Below, piece after piece: positions 29,691 to 39,493 of a DNA stretch of 64,000 bases. The DNA lies in assembly GCA_947448865.1 (NCBI GenBank), contig CANFOW010000002.1:5621-69620 (forward strand), read 5' to 3'. The notes under the pieces are model-generated. The model saw nothing but the letters and a program-made list of their open reading frames with translations. It did no database searches and was not told the DNA's origin. Source of the DNA: Actinomycetota bacterium. Its GTDB lineage: Bacteria > Actinomycetota > Actinomycetes > S36-B12 > UBA5976. Position 1 is the stretch's first letter. The number at the start of each line of letters is the position of its first letter. The translations under genes and the position numbers were made by a program.

Positions 29691-31396
29691 TGGCAATTCT
29701 TGATAAACCAATCGATGTTTCTGTGAGCCATGCGCCTGTGCGCAAGAAAACTCTCGGAAAGAAAATTATTAGTTGGGCAAGTACCACTGATCACAAAGTC
29801 ATCGGAAACTTGTACATGGTGACTTCCTTTACGTTCTTCGTTATCGGCGGAGCAATGGCCATGGTTATTCGCGCGGAACTCGCGCAACCGGGCTTACAGG
29901 TCGTGTCGAACGAACAGTACAACCAACTATTCACGATGCACGGAACGCTGATGTTGTTCCTATTCGCTACGTCGTTATTCTCCGGCTTTGCGAATGCGTT
30001 AATGCCACTTCAGATTGGCTCACCAGACGTATCATTCCCACGCTTGAACATGATTAGTTACTGGCTGTATCTCTTCGGCGCAATCATCGTCATGTTGGGA
30101 TTCCTGACACCAGGTGGAGCTGCCGGCTTTGGTTGGTTTGCGTATGCACCGTTGTCGAATGCCATTTACTCGCCAGGCATTGGTGGCGACCTATGGATTC
30201 TTGGTCTAGCCATGACAGGTATGGCTTCGATTCTTGGTGCCGTTAACTTCATCACGACAATTTTCACAATGCGTGCACCTGGTATGACCATGTTCCGCAT
30301 GCCAATCTTCACCTGGAACGTGTTACTCACGAGCGTGCTCGTGCTTTTGGCGTTCCCAGTACTTGCAGCTGCAATGCTCATGCTTGAAATTGACCGCAAG
30401 TTCGGTGCTCACGTGTATGACCCAGCAAACGGTGGAGCCATTTTGTGGCAGCACTTGTTCTGGTTCTTCGGACACCCCGAGGTTTACATTTTGGCTTTGC
30501 CATTCTTTGGAATTGCAACCGAAATTCTTCCAGTCTTTAGTCGCAAGCCAATCTTTGGATACAAGGGTTTGGTATTCGCAACAATTGCGATTGCTGGTTT
30601 GTCTGTTGCTGTGTGGGCTCACCACATGTATGTCACGGGTGCGGTGAATCTTCCGTTCTTTAGTTTTATGACGATGTTGATTGCCGTTCCGACTGGCGTG
30701 AAGTTCTTTAACTGGATTGGAACGATGTGGGGTGGTTCAGTCTCGTTTGAAACCCCCATGCTCTGGACTATCGGGTTCCTTGCCACATTCCTGTTCGGTG
30801 GCTTGACCGGTATTCTGCTAGCAGCTCCACCGATTGACTTCCAAGTCAGTGATTCATACTTCGTGGTGGCTCACTTCCACTACGTGCTGTTCGGAACAGT
30901 TGTGTTTGCCATGTTCGCAGGCTTCTACTTCTGGTGGCCAAAGCTGACTGGAAAGATGCTCGATGAGCGACTTGGCAAAATCCATTTCTGGTTAGTGTTC
31001 TTTGGATTCCATACAACGTTCCTGATTCAACACTGGTTAGGTGTCGAAGGCATGGCTCGTCGCTACGCCGACTATTTGGCAAGCGATGGGTTCACAACCT
31101 TGAACATGATTTCAACAGTGGGATCATTTGTCCTTGGCGCATCAACATTTGTTTTCTTGTGGAACGTGTACAAGACCACGAAGTTTGCTCCGATGGTGGG
31201 AGTAGATGATCCGTGGGGTTGGGGCAACTCGCTGGAATGGGCTACGTCATGTCCACCTCCACGCCACAACTTCCATTCGATTCCACGTATTCGTAGTGAG
31301 CGCCCAGCATTCGACCTGCATCATCCCGATGCCGAAGGTTTGAATCACTCCGATCGTGATCACATCGTTGCGCAGGTAACAGGAGGCGACCATTAA
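29690..31396 (+). CDS. ctaD: Cytochrome c oxidase subunit I
   Basis: [22 protein letters not shown]. Confidence 0.98.
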   Translation: MAILDKPIDVSVSHAPVRKKTLGKKIISWASTTDHKVIGNLYMVTSFTFFVIGGAMAMVIRAELAQPGLQVVSNEQYNQLFTMHGTLMLFLFATSLFSGFANALMPLQIGSPDVSFPRLNMISYWLYLFGAIIVMLGFLTPGGAAGFGWFAYAPLSNAIYSPGIGGDLWILGLAMTGMASILGAVNFITTIFTMRAPGMTMFRMPIFTWNVLLTSVLVLLAFPVLAAAMLMLEIDRKFGAHVYDPANGGAILWQHLFWFFGHPEVYILALPFFGIATEILPVFSRKPIFGYKGLVFATIAIAGLSVAVWAHHMYVTGAVNLPFFSFMTMLIAVPTGVKFFNWIGTMWGGSVSFETPMLWTIGFLATFLFGGLTGILLAAPPIDFQVSDSYFVVAHFHYVLFGTVVFAMFAGFYFWWPKLTGKMLDERLGKIHFWLVFFGFHTTFLIQHWLGVEGMARRYADYLASDGFTTLNMISTVGSFVLGASTFVFLWNVYKTTKFAPMVGVDDPWGWGNSLEWATSCPPPRHNFHSIPRIRSERPAFDLHHPDAEGLNHSDRDHIVAQVTGGDH

Positions 31397-31792
31397 ATGA
31401 AGTTTGGCGGAAAACTATTCGCATACGGTTGCGTCTTTTACTTTCTTGTTGCGGCGGTCTATGGCTTCATGAGCCATGATCCAGTTGGCACCACAGCAAT
31501 CGCACTTACAGGTGGGTTAGCATTCCTGATTGCGTTTTATGTCCTCTTCACAGCTAAACGAGTAGGACCGCTGCCTGAAGATAATGAAAACGCCGAAATT
31601 TCTGATGCTGACTCTGAGTATGGATTCTTCTCGCCGCATTCATGGTGGCCACTAGTTATTGGTGGTTCAACAATGCTTTTTATTCTGGGATTCATTTTTG
31701 CAAGTTGGCTTGCCGTGCTCGGTGTCGTATCACTGTTGTTCGGTGTGTTCGGTCTGGTTTACGAGTACTACCGCGGCGACTTCGCGAATTAG
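31397..31792 (+). CDS. ctaF: Cytochrome c oxidase subunit 4
   Basis: PED, GFFSPHSWWP, EYYRG; follows ctaD. Confidence 0.92.
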   Translation: MKFGGKLFAYGCVFYFLVAAVYGFMSHDPVGTTAIALTGGLAFLIAFYVLFTAKRVGPLPEDNENAEISDADSEYGFFSPHSWWPLVIGGSTMLFILGFIFASWLAVLGVVSLLFGVFGLVYEYYRGDFAN

Positions 31793-31798
31793 TTCGTA

Positions 31799-32995
31799 GT
31801 GATGGGCTCGTTGCGCCTGGCTTGTGCGCATACCGCCGGTACAGCAGCTAGTCGACTGTCTAGATTGTTAGGCCGCGGCCGCGGTGAAACTGTTTATGGA
31901 CGCACGCTATTAGCCCTAGACCCACAGGCATTAACGAAGTTGTCGCGCAATCGCGACATCGTTCTTGTTAGTGGAACTAATGGAAAGACCACAACAACCA
32001 ATTTGCTGTCCCAGGTCTTGGCAGATGGTACTGACGAAGGTGTCAGTACTAGCGTTTACGGCGCAAACATGACAGCAGGTATCGCAGCAGCAATAGGTGC
32101 TATTCCGCGACATCGATATGTTGTGCTCGAGTGTGATGAGTTGTATCTACCCGAGATGTATCGCGTACTTAAACCGCGAGTCATCGTGCTATTAAATCTG
32201 TCGCGAGATCAGTTACACAGAACTGGTGAAGTACGTAAAGTAGCCAATCTGTGGCATAACACTTTTACTCACGATGACGTCACCTTTGTCATTGATCGTG
32301 ATGACCCATTCCTTGAGTACGCCGTTTCGCAAGCCGGTCATGTTGTCCGAGTTTCATTCGGTGGGCGACGTCATCCCGATGCCGCAACATGTCCTGCGTG
32401 CTTGGCATTGTTGGATTGGTCGCTCGGTGACTATCAATGCCAGTGTGGTCTTGGTAGCACATTAGCCACAGTGCGATCGGACAAACGACTCAGTGGCCCA
32501 GCGCGAAACGCCGTCCTGGCCGTTGAAGCGGCGCGACTGATGGGTGCTGTTGTTCCTCTAGAAGTGCAGGAACAACTGACCATACAGGCACCCGATCGCG
32601 TCACGGAATACGACGTTGATGGAGTCACGGTGTCCACTCGACTCGCAAAGAATCCCGAAAGCTGGCGCGGGGCAATTGTGGCGACAACCGCACCGCAAGT
32701 CGTGTTGTCGGTAAATGCTCGGGGTATCGATGGAAGAGACACTTCGTGGTTATGGGACATTGACTATTCAGCATTTGCTGGTCGAACCGTCGTCTGTACC
32801 GGTGAACGTCAACTCGATGTGGCCTACCGATTAAGTGTTCAAGGCGTCGAGGTCACAGTAGCCCAGGATTTTGCCGCCGCCGTGCGCAGTCTTGATGCCA
32901 GCTTGCCCATTCAGGCGATTGCGAGCTACACGGCGTATCAAGACCTGGCTGCCGCAACTATGGGTATTCGCAAAGCAACGGGTGGTAGGTCGTGA
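31799..32995 (+). CDS. murT: MurT ligase (lipid II isoglutaminyl synthase subunit)
   Basis: SGTNGKTTT, ECDE, NLSRDQL, CPAC...CQC, LAKNP, DTSWLWD. Confidence 0.88.
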   Translation: MMGSLRLACAHTAGTAASRLSRLLGRGRGETVYGRTLLALDPQALTKLSRNRDIVLVSGTNGKTTTTNLLSQVLADGTDEGVSTSVYGANMTAGIAAAIGAIPRHRYVVLECDELYLPEMYRVLKPRVIVLLNLSRDQLHRTGEVRKVANLWHNTFTHDDVTFVIDRDDPFLEYAVSQAGHVVRVSFGGRRHPDAATCPACLALLDWSLGDYQCQCGLGSTLATVRSDKRLSGPARNAVLAVEAARLMGAVVPLEVQEQLTIQAPDRVTEYDVDGVTVSTRLAKNPESWRGAIVATTAPQVVLSVNARGIDGRDTSWLWDIDYSAFAGRTVVCTGERQLDVAYRLSVQGVEVTVAQDFAAAVRSLDASLPIQAIASYTAYQDLAAATMGIRKATGGRS

Positions 32996-33711
32996 CGCTA
33001 ACAATTGTGCGGCTTTATCACGATTTGCTTGGCACCTATGGTGACCAAGGCAATGCCGAAGTCCTTATTCATCGAGCACGTGCCCGAGGTATTGACGTCG
33101 AGCTTGTCGAAGTGTCGCCACATGCACCAGTACCCACGCACGGCAACATCTACTTATTGGGCGGCGGGGAAGACGGCCCGCAGACTGCGGCGTTAGAAAT
33201 GTTGCGCGCAGATCAAGGTCTGAACACAGCCGCCACTCGAGGTGCAACTGTGTTTGCGGTGTGTGCAGGTTTTCAGTTAATTGGAGCCACCTTGCCGCAT
33301 GCTGATGGCAGCACAATTGCTGGACTCGAACTCATTAATGTCGAAACCGTTTATGACTCATCACCTCGCAGCGTTGGGGAATTGGTTATCACACGCAATG
33401 ATCTGATCCTGACTGGGTTTGAAAATCATCAGGGACTTACTCGACTTGGTTCAGATGTGACTGCACTAGGAACTGTTATCAGTGGTGTGGGCAATGGAAT
33501 CGTCACCGACAATGCCAAGAAAACCGAAGGTGCCCAAGTAGGAAATATTTTTGGCACCTACATGCATGGTCCAGCATTGGCGCGTAATCCCGAACTAGCG
33601 GATGAGGTGCTCAGCAGCGCAGCAGGTGAGCTAGTTGCTTATGACGATTACTGGGCAAGTGCTTTCGCAGCCGAGCGACGATTCACACTCACACATCTGC
33701 GTCGTAAATAA
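32992..33711 (+). CDS. gatD: GatD glutamine amidotransferase subunit
   Basis: YGDQGN, VCAGFQ, GFENHQG, TYMHGP; coupled to murT. Confidence 0.88.
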   Translation: MTLTIVRLYHDLLGTYGDQGNAEVLIHRARARGIDVELVEVSPHAPVPTHGNIYLLGGGEDGPQTAALEMLRADQGLNTAATRGATVFAVCAGFQLIGATLPHADGSTIAGLELINVETVYDSSPRSVGELVITRNDLILTGFENHQGLTRLGSDVTALGTVISGVGNGIVTDNAKKTEGAQVGNIFGTYMHGPALARNPELADEVLSSAAGELVAYDDYWASAFAAERRFTLTHLRRK

Positions 33712-33745
33712 GTAGAGCCCCACCGAAGCGGGGCTCTACTTATTT
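33706..33745. terminator. Bidirectional terminator
   Basis: 16-bp perfect inverted repeat AAATAAGTAGAGCCCC/GGGGCTCTACTTATTT between convergent operons. Confidence 0.88.
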
Positions 33746-33755
33746 AGTGAACTTC

Positions 33756-35405
33756 TTAGTGACTTGTTATTTCACTGTGGCTTGCATGTGCTAAGTGATG
33801 TGCTGCTTCTTCTAGCTCTGCAGCACTAGGAACCGGCACATTGTCGCCGTAGAACCACTCTGAAAGTTTCGCTCTGCGAGCACCAGACTTGCCCTTAGGG
33901 TTAGCGACACCGTTTGCATCGGTTGCACTACCTAATTGCAATGGAGCCACATCGTTCTTACCCAGCAAAACAGCACGTTCTTCGTCTGATACTGGAGCGT
34001 GAACTTCAATGTATTCACCATGCGGCAAGCGCAGTACGCGACCAGTCTCGTATCCGTGAAGCAGTTTGTCACGGTCACGTCGCTGCAAACCAAGGCAAGC
34101 GCGCTTGGTAATCACGAATGACAATGGCGGCACCACAAACAGGAGAACACGTAAGGACCACGTGATTTCATTAATAGACAAGCTAAATGCCGTAGCGATG
34201 ATGTCGTTTCCACCCGAAATCCACAGCATCAAGTAGAACGAAATCGCCATTACGCCAAGCCCAGTACGAGTCGGGGCATTGCGTGGACGATCGAGTAAGT
34301 GATGCTCGCGCTTGTCGCCTGTAACCCAGGCTTCAATCCATGGATACACGCCAAGTGCAGTGAACATGATGCCCGGAATAATCAGCGCCGGGATCAACAG
34401 GTTCCATGAAATTGTGTGGCCAAGAAGGTTTGTTTCCCAGTTCGGGGTAAGGCGCACAGCTCCGTCAAGCCACCCGATGTACCAGTCGGGTTGGGAACCT
34501 GCTGTTACTTGGGAAGGCGTGTACGGGCCATAGAGCCAGATTGGGTTAATGGTGACTAATGCTGCAATCAGAGTCGTGACGCCAAAGACGATAAAGAAGA
34601 ACCCGCCGGCTTTAGCCATGTAAATCGGGTACAGACGGTAACCCACAACATTGCTTTCGGTGCGGCCCGCGCCAGGGAACTGGGTGTGCTTTTGGTAGAA
34701 CACGATAATTAAGTGAGCGCTAACCAGCGCTAGCAAAATGCCTGGCACTAACAAAATGTGAATTGAGTACAGGCGGGAAATGAAATCATTTCCTGGGAAC
34801 TCGCCGCCAAATAAGAACATGGCGACATAGGTACCCAACAGCGGAATCGCTTGAACAATTCCTTCTGCAATACGAAGACCTGTTCCTGAAAGCAAGTCAT
34901 CAGGAAGCGAGTAACCAGCGAATCCTTCGAGAATTGCTAGCACGAGTAGAAGTGTTCCGATTACCCAGTTGATTTCACGTGGCTTGCGGAATGCACCTGT
35001 GAAGAAAACCCGAAGTAAGTGCACGGACACAGCTGCAACAAAGAACAGTGCTGCCCAGTGATGGATCTGGCGCATCAAAAGACCAGCGCGAACATCAAAA
35101 GAAATGTCCAGAGTCGAGGCATATGCTTCGGACATCTTGACGCCCTTAAGTGGCATGTAAGAACCGTTGTACACAACTTCTGTCATAGAAGGCTTGAACC
35201 ACAGTGTGAGGTATGTGCCTGAGAGCAACAAGATGATGAACGAGTACAGCGCAATTTCGCCGAGCATGAATGACCAGTGGTCAGGGAAGACCTTGTTAAG
35301 AAGCTTCTTCACGCCGCTAGCGCCATGAAGACGGTCGTCGAGGTAATTACCTACAACGCCAGCCTTGCCGCCAGCCACTGTATCTATTGCTTTATTCGTG
35401 CTCAT
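33756..35405 (-). CDS. qcrB: Cytochrome bc1 cytochrome b subunit
   Basis: FPDHWSF, RQIHHWAA, QPDWY, actinobacterial C-terminal extension. Confidence 0.97.
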   Translation of the reverse strand: MSTNKAIDTVAGGKAGVVGNYLDDRLHGASGVKKLLNKVFPDHWSFMLGEIALYSFIILLLSGTYLTLWFKPSMTEVVYNGSYMPLKGVKMSEAYASTLDISFDVRAGLLMRQIHHWAALFFVAAVSVHLLRVFFTGAFRKPREINWVIGTLLLVLAILEGFAGYSLPDDLLSGTGLRIAEGIVQAIPLLGTYVAMFLFGGEFPGNDFISRLYSIHILLVPGILLALVSAHLIIVFYQKHTQFPGAGRTESNVVGYRLYPIYMAKAGGFFFIVFGVTTLIAALVTINPIWLYGPYTPSQVTAGSQPDWYIGWLDGAVRLTPNWETNLLGHTISWNLLIPALIIPGIMFTALGVYPWIEAWVTGDKREHHLLDRPRNAPTRTGLGVMAISFYLMLWISGGNDIIATAFSLSINEITWSLRVLLFVVPPLSFVITKRACLGLQRRDRDKLLHGYETGRVLRLPHGEYIEVHAPVSDEERAVLLGKNDVAPLQLGSATDANGVANPKGKSGARRAKLSEWFYGDNVPVPSAAELEEAAHHLAHASHSEITSH

Positions 35406-36445
35406 CCACGCTCCCAGAAGCTCGGGCCGATTGGTTCTTTGAATCCACTTGCGGCTACTAGATATCCTTGCGCATTCACGGTAATCGGCAACTGCGGCAT
35501 ACGACGTGCAGCTGGTCCGAATACCACGTTGCCCGAGTCAGCAAGGTCAAAGGTTGATTGGTGACATGGACACAACAAGTGATGTGTCCGTTGTTGGTAA
35601 AGCGAAATCGGGCAACCCACGTGTGTGCAAATCTTGGAGTAAGCCAAGATGCCCTGGTAATCCCAGCCTTCTCCTTGTTGCGACACGATGTCCGCAGGAG
35701 CCATACGAATCAAAATGATGGATGCTTTACCGCGCTCGTTTAAGTTGCCATCTTCTTCTTCAATTTTGAGCAAGTTTGCAGGCAATGCGTTAACCAGACC
35801 GCCAATCGGAATATCTTCTGGCCGGATAGGGCGGTAGGTCGCGTCGGTAAGGATTTGAATGTCCTTGTCCCAAATTGTTTCGCGTAGTCGCTTGTTCGGC
35901 ATAGGGCCGAGGTCGCGAAGAAACACAACGAGTGGCAACGGGAACAGCGCTAATGCACCGAGTAAGGAACGTCGAATAATTTTGCGTTCTCCAACACCCG
36001 ATGCTGCTTTACCATCGCGAATTGCTTGGCCAAAGGCTGCCTTGTCTTCGGCTGAGGAAGCAAAGGCGTGACGTTCTTCGGTGACTTCGACATCCGGCAT
36101 AAGTTTTTTAGCCCAGTGAATGGCGCCAGTTCCAATGAGGAAAATTCCAAGACCAAGAAGTGAGCCAACAGTGATGTGATTAGCGTTTACTGGGCCAAAG
36201 AGCGGCAAGATCACCAATGTGTCGTTAGGGACCTTAATAAAGGCCACGATTGACGACACGATCATCAGTGAAGACAAGCTAAACATTGTTGCAACTTGAC
36301 GCTCAGCGCGAATGGCAGCCTTCGGGTCGATGTCTGCTCTACGTAGCTCGTGATGTCCTAGCGGAACAATCGGCTTGCCGGAAACGACATCATGGCCGTC
36401 AACGGCGCCAATGGGATCGCTAGAACCATGTTGAATTTCGTTCAC
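35402..36445 (-). CDS. qcrA: Cytochrome bc1 Rieske Fe-S subunit
   Basis: CTHVGC and CPCHQS; GTGA overlap with qcrC. Confidence 0.96.
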   Translation of the reverse strand: MNEIQHGSSDPIGAVDGHDVVSGKPIVPLGHHELRRADIDPKAAIRAERQVATMFSLSSLMIVSSIVAFIKVPNDTLVILPLFGPVNANHITVGSLLGLGIFLIGTGAIHWAKKLMPDVEVTEERHAFASSAEDKAAFGQAIRDGKAASGVGERKIIRRSLLGALALFPLPLVVFLRDLGPMPNKRLRETIWDKDIQILTDATYRPIRPEDIPIGGLVNALPANLLKIEEEDGNLNERGKASIILIRMAPADIVSQQGEGWDYQGILAYSKICTHVGCPISLYQQRTHHLLCPCHQSTFDLADSGNVVFGPAARRMPQLPITVNAQGYLVAASGFKEPIGPSFWERG

Positions 36446-37218
36446 TTTGCTTTCGCTCCGATCCAAACAGCAACGACAATGAGGGCACCAAGACCCACGA
36501 TAAATAGGAACAAACCTTCAGTAACGGGCCCGAGTCGTCCCAGAGCCGCGCCGCCAGGGCTTTCCTGCTTCTGGAGTTCTTGCAGGTAGCGAATAATTGC
36601 TTGCTTTTCCTCGACCGTGATCGTCTTGTCGCTGAAAATAGGCATGTTTTGCGGGCCAGTCACCATGGCTTCGTACATTTCTTTGCCATCTGCGCCCATC
36701 AAGTTCGGTGCCCAACGACCTTCCGATAGGGCTCCACCTTTGCCTGAGACGCTGTGACACTGTGAACAGTTGGTACGGAATAGTTCTCCACCGAGTGCCA
36801 AATCGGCGCCGTCGGTCTTAAGCATGTCCTGGGTAGGAATCGCTGGTCCAGGACCCACGCTTGCGACATAAGCAGCGAGCGCAGCAATTTCACTCTCGCT
36901 GTATTGCGAAGGCTTGGATACCGCTTGAACTGCAGGTCCTGCAAGCGGCATGCGTCCTGAGCCAACTTGGAAATCAACAGCTGCGGATCCAACACCAATG
37001 AGTGAAGGACCATCTGATGACCCTTGAGCTGCCAGACCGTGGCAAGACGAACATCCTTCAAGGAACAGCGACTTACCTTGTTCCACTTGGGTTGCTGACT
37101 TAACGACCTGCTTTGGTGCGGTGCTTGCACTCACTGCTGCATAGGCAGCACCTGTTGTGCCAAGTGCTATCGCAAGAACTGCAAATACAGCTGCGGGGTG
37201 TCTACGACTAAGTGCCAC
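36442..37218 (-). CDS. qcrC: Cytochrome bc1 diheme cytochrome c subunit
   Basis: CSSCH and CSQCH, GRMP, TGPQNMP; start approximate. Confidence 0.95.
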   Translation of the reverse strand: MALSRRHPAAVFAVLAIALGTTGAAYAAVSASTAPKQVVKSATQVEQGKSLFLEGCSSCHGLAAQGSSDGPSLIGVGSAAVDFQVGSGRMPLAGPAVQAVSKPSQYSESEIAALAAYVASVGPGPAIPTQDMLKTDGADLALGGELFRTNCSQCHSVSGKGGALSEGRWAPNLMGADGKEMYEAMVTGPQNMPIFSDKTITVEEKQAIIRYLQELQKQESPGGAALGRLGPVTEGLFLFIVGLGALIVVAVWIGAKAK

Positions 37219-37256
37219 GTGAAATGTGTCCGTTCTCGATGCGTTTCGTGCGTGCG

Positions 37257-37853
37257 TTACTTGATGAGATAAATCGTTGCGAAAAGGGCAATCCACACAA
37301 CGTCGACAAAGTGCCAGTAGTACGAGACGACAATTGCGGTTGTTGCCTTGTTGTGGGTGAAGTGCTTGCCAGCATATGTGCGACCAAGCACGAATAAGAA
37401 TGCAATCAAACCGCCGGTGACGTGCAATCCGTGAAAGCCAGTAGTTAAGTAAAACGCGGTGCCGTAGGAACTTCCCGGCATTGTGAGGCCTTCGTTAATG
37501 AGTTTGATGTACTCAGTGATCTGTCCACCAACAAAGAATGCGCCCATGAGGAACGTGATCGTGAACCACTTGCGCAGTCCCTTAACATCGCCACGTTCTG
37601 CTGCGAAAACACCTAATTGGCAGGTCACTGATGAGAGCACCAGAACTGTTGTGTTTACGGATGCAAATGGAATGTTGAGTTTCTCAACGCTGTCTGCCCA
37701 CACGCCTGGATTGACTGAACGCAAAGTGAAGTACATTGCGAACAGTGCGGCGAAGAACATGAGTTCGCTCGAGAGCCACACAATTGTCCCAATCGAGACC
37801 ATATTTGGTCGTTCGGCATGGGTTGGAATACGTACTGCTGAAGTGGTCGTCAC
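37257..37853 (-). CDS. ctaE: Cytochrome c oxidase subunit III
   Basis: [23 protein letters not shown]. Confidence 0.96.
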   Translation of the reverse strand: MTTTSAVRIPTHAERPNMVSIGTIVWLSSELMFFAALFAMYFTLRSVNPGVWADSVEKLNIPFASVNTTVLVLSSVTCQLGVFAAERGDVKGLRKWFTITFLMGAFFVGGQITEYIKLINEGLTMPGSSYGTAFYLTTGFHGLHVTGGLIAFLFVLGRTYAGKHFTHNKATTAIVVSYYWHFVDVVWIALFATIYLIK

Positions 37854-37991
37854 AAACCCTGAGTTTAGTAGGTAACTCGAGCAAAGGGCTTATGGGTAGG
37901 CAGTTTTGCGTGGCAATGTGACTTAGTTCATTGAGGCGGAATGTGGGGTGCAAAACTCGTCAGGGCAGGGCCTCTCGGATACGCTAAGGAG

Positions 37992-38402
37992 GTGGAAAAT
38001 TCGCAGCGCGTTCTTAAAGTCTTGGTCTATAGCGATGACGTAACGGTGCGTGCCAGCGTATGCACCGCACTTGGTCGTCGCCCTGCTGAATACATCAGCA
38101 ACGTGGACCTTTTCGAAGCTGCCACGGAACCTGCGGTCATCAGTGCCGTTGACGCAAAGCCTTTTGACCTCATCATTTTGGATGGGGAAGCCGTTCCTGC
38201 TGGCGGAATGGGCGTGTGTCGTCAACTAAAAGACGAAATCTTTAATTGCGCTCCTATTTTGCTTATTGTTGGGCGAGCTCAGGATCGCTGGCTAGCTACC
38301 TGGTCTGGCGCAGATGCAGTTGTCGCTCATCCCATTGACCCGCGTGCCTTGGTATCCGCTGCGGTCTCACTTCTTGAAGAACGTGCCACGGTAGCTAATT
38401 AG
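37992..38402 (+). CDS. Stand-alone atypical receiver-domain protein
   Basis: VLVYSDD, IILDGE, GGMGVCRQLK, ADAVVAHPIDP; AAGGAG before GTG. Confidence 0.82.
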   Translation: MENSQRVLKVLVYSDDVTVRASVCTALGRRPAEYISNVDLFEAATEPAVISAVDAKPFDLIILDGEAVPAGGMGVCRQLKDEIFNCAPILLIVGRAQDRWLATWSGADAVVAHPIDPRALVSAAVSLLEERATVAN

Positions 38403-39493
38403 TGTCCGCCGACGAGTTTTCCTGGAAGCACATCCTGGGGCTTATTGCTGTCCAAACGGATCTTGATAATGGTCAAGCGCAGTGGGCAATGAACGAAATC
38501 ATGTCGGGTCAAGCTACTGCCGCGCACATCGCCGCTTTTGTGATGGGTCTGCGTGTGAAGAACGAGACCGTGGAAGAAATCACCGGCATGGTCGAAGCCA
38601 TTTTGGCTAACGCAGAACGCGTCACACTTGGTTACGATGCTGTTGACATTGTTGGAACTGGCGGTGACGGTGCGCACACTGTCAACGTGTCAACGATGGC
38701 TGCACTAACAGTTGCTGGTTTAGGCATTCCGGTTTTGAAACACGGCAATCGTGCGATTTCGTCACGCGCGGGAACGGCCGATGTGTTGGAAGCCCTCGGT
38801 GTTGCGTTGAACATTCCAGTTGATGATGTTGCACAGTGTGTTGCCCAGGCAGGAATTGCATTTTGTTTTGCACCTGCACATCACCCAGGATTTCGCCATG
38901 CGGGACCAGTGCGTAAGGAATTAGGAATCCCAACTGTTTTTAATGTGCTTGGCCCGCTGTGCAATCCTGGTCAACCTCAAGCGTCGCTACTTGGATGCTC
39001 GGATCTTCGTCTTGCACCACTCATGGCGCATGTTCAACAAGAACGAGGATTTAAATCCATTGTTGTTCGCGCGGACAGCGGCATTGATGAAATTGCAACA
39101 TTGGGGCTCACTCAAATTTGGGATGTCACAACTGACCAAGTGCGTCATGACGTTTTTGATCCAAGTGTTTTTGATTTAGTGCCAGCCTCGGCTGATGATT
39201 TACGCGGAGCCGAAGCGCAATTCAATGCGACCGTGGTCCGTGAATTGTTTAGTGGAAATCAAGAAGGAAAGTTTGCGGGTATTCGCGATGTTGTGGCAGT
39301 CAATGCGGCAGCAGCGCTTGTGGCTTTTGATGCGACACGAGATAGCCACGTTTATGGAAGCCCTGAAATTACATTTTCGGCACGTCTGCGTGTTGCATTG
39401 GCAGATGCCTATCGTTCCATCGATACGGGACTTGCTTCACATGCTTTGGAAAAGCTAGTTACGGCATCGTCAGAGTTGGCGACGCATTCGTAG
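38402..39493 (+). CDS. trpD: Anthranilate phosphoribosyltransferase
   Basis: DIVGTGGDG, NVST, KHGNRA, TVFNVLGPL. Confidence 0.96.
   Translation: MSADEFSWKHILGLIAVQTDLDNGQAQWAMNEIMSGQATAAHIAAFVMGLRVKNETVEEITGMVEAILANAERVTLGYDAVDIVGTGGDGAHTVNVSTMAALTVAGLGIPVLKHGNRAISSRAGTADVLEALGVALNIPVDDVAQCVAQAGIAFCFAPAHHPGFRHAGPVRKELGIPTVFNVLGPLCNPGQPQASLLGCSDLRLAPLMAHVQQERGFKSIVVRADSGIDEIATLGLTQIWDVTTDQVRHDVFDPSVFDLVPASADDLRGAEAQFNATVVRELFSGNQEGKFAGIRDVVAVNAAAALVAFDATRDSHVYGSPEITFSARLRVALADAYRSIDTGLASHALEKLVTASSELATHS

Noticed and set aside
32992-33711. Cobyric acid synthase CobQ
   Set aside because: Single GATase domain coupled to a MurT ligase indicates GatD
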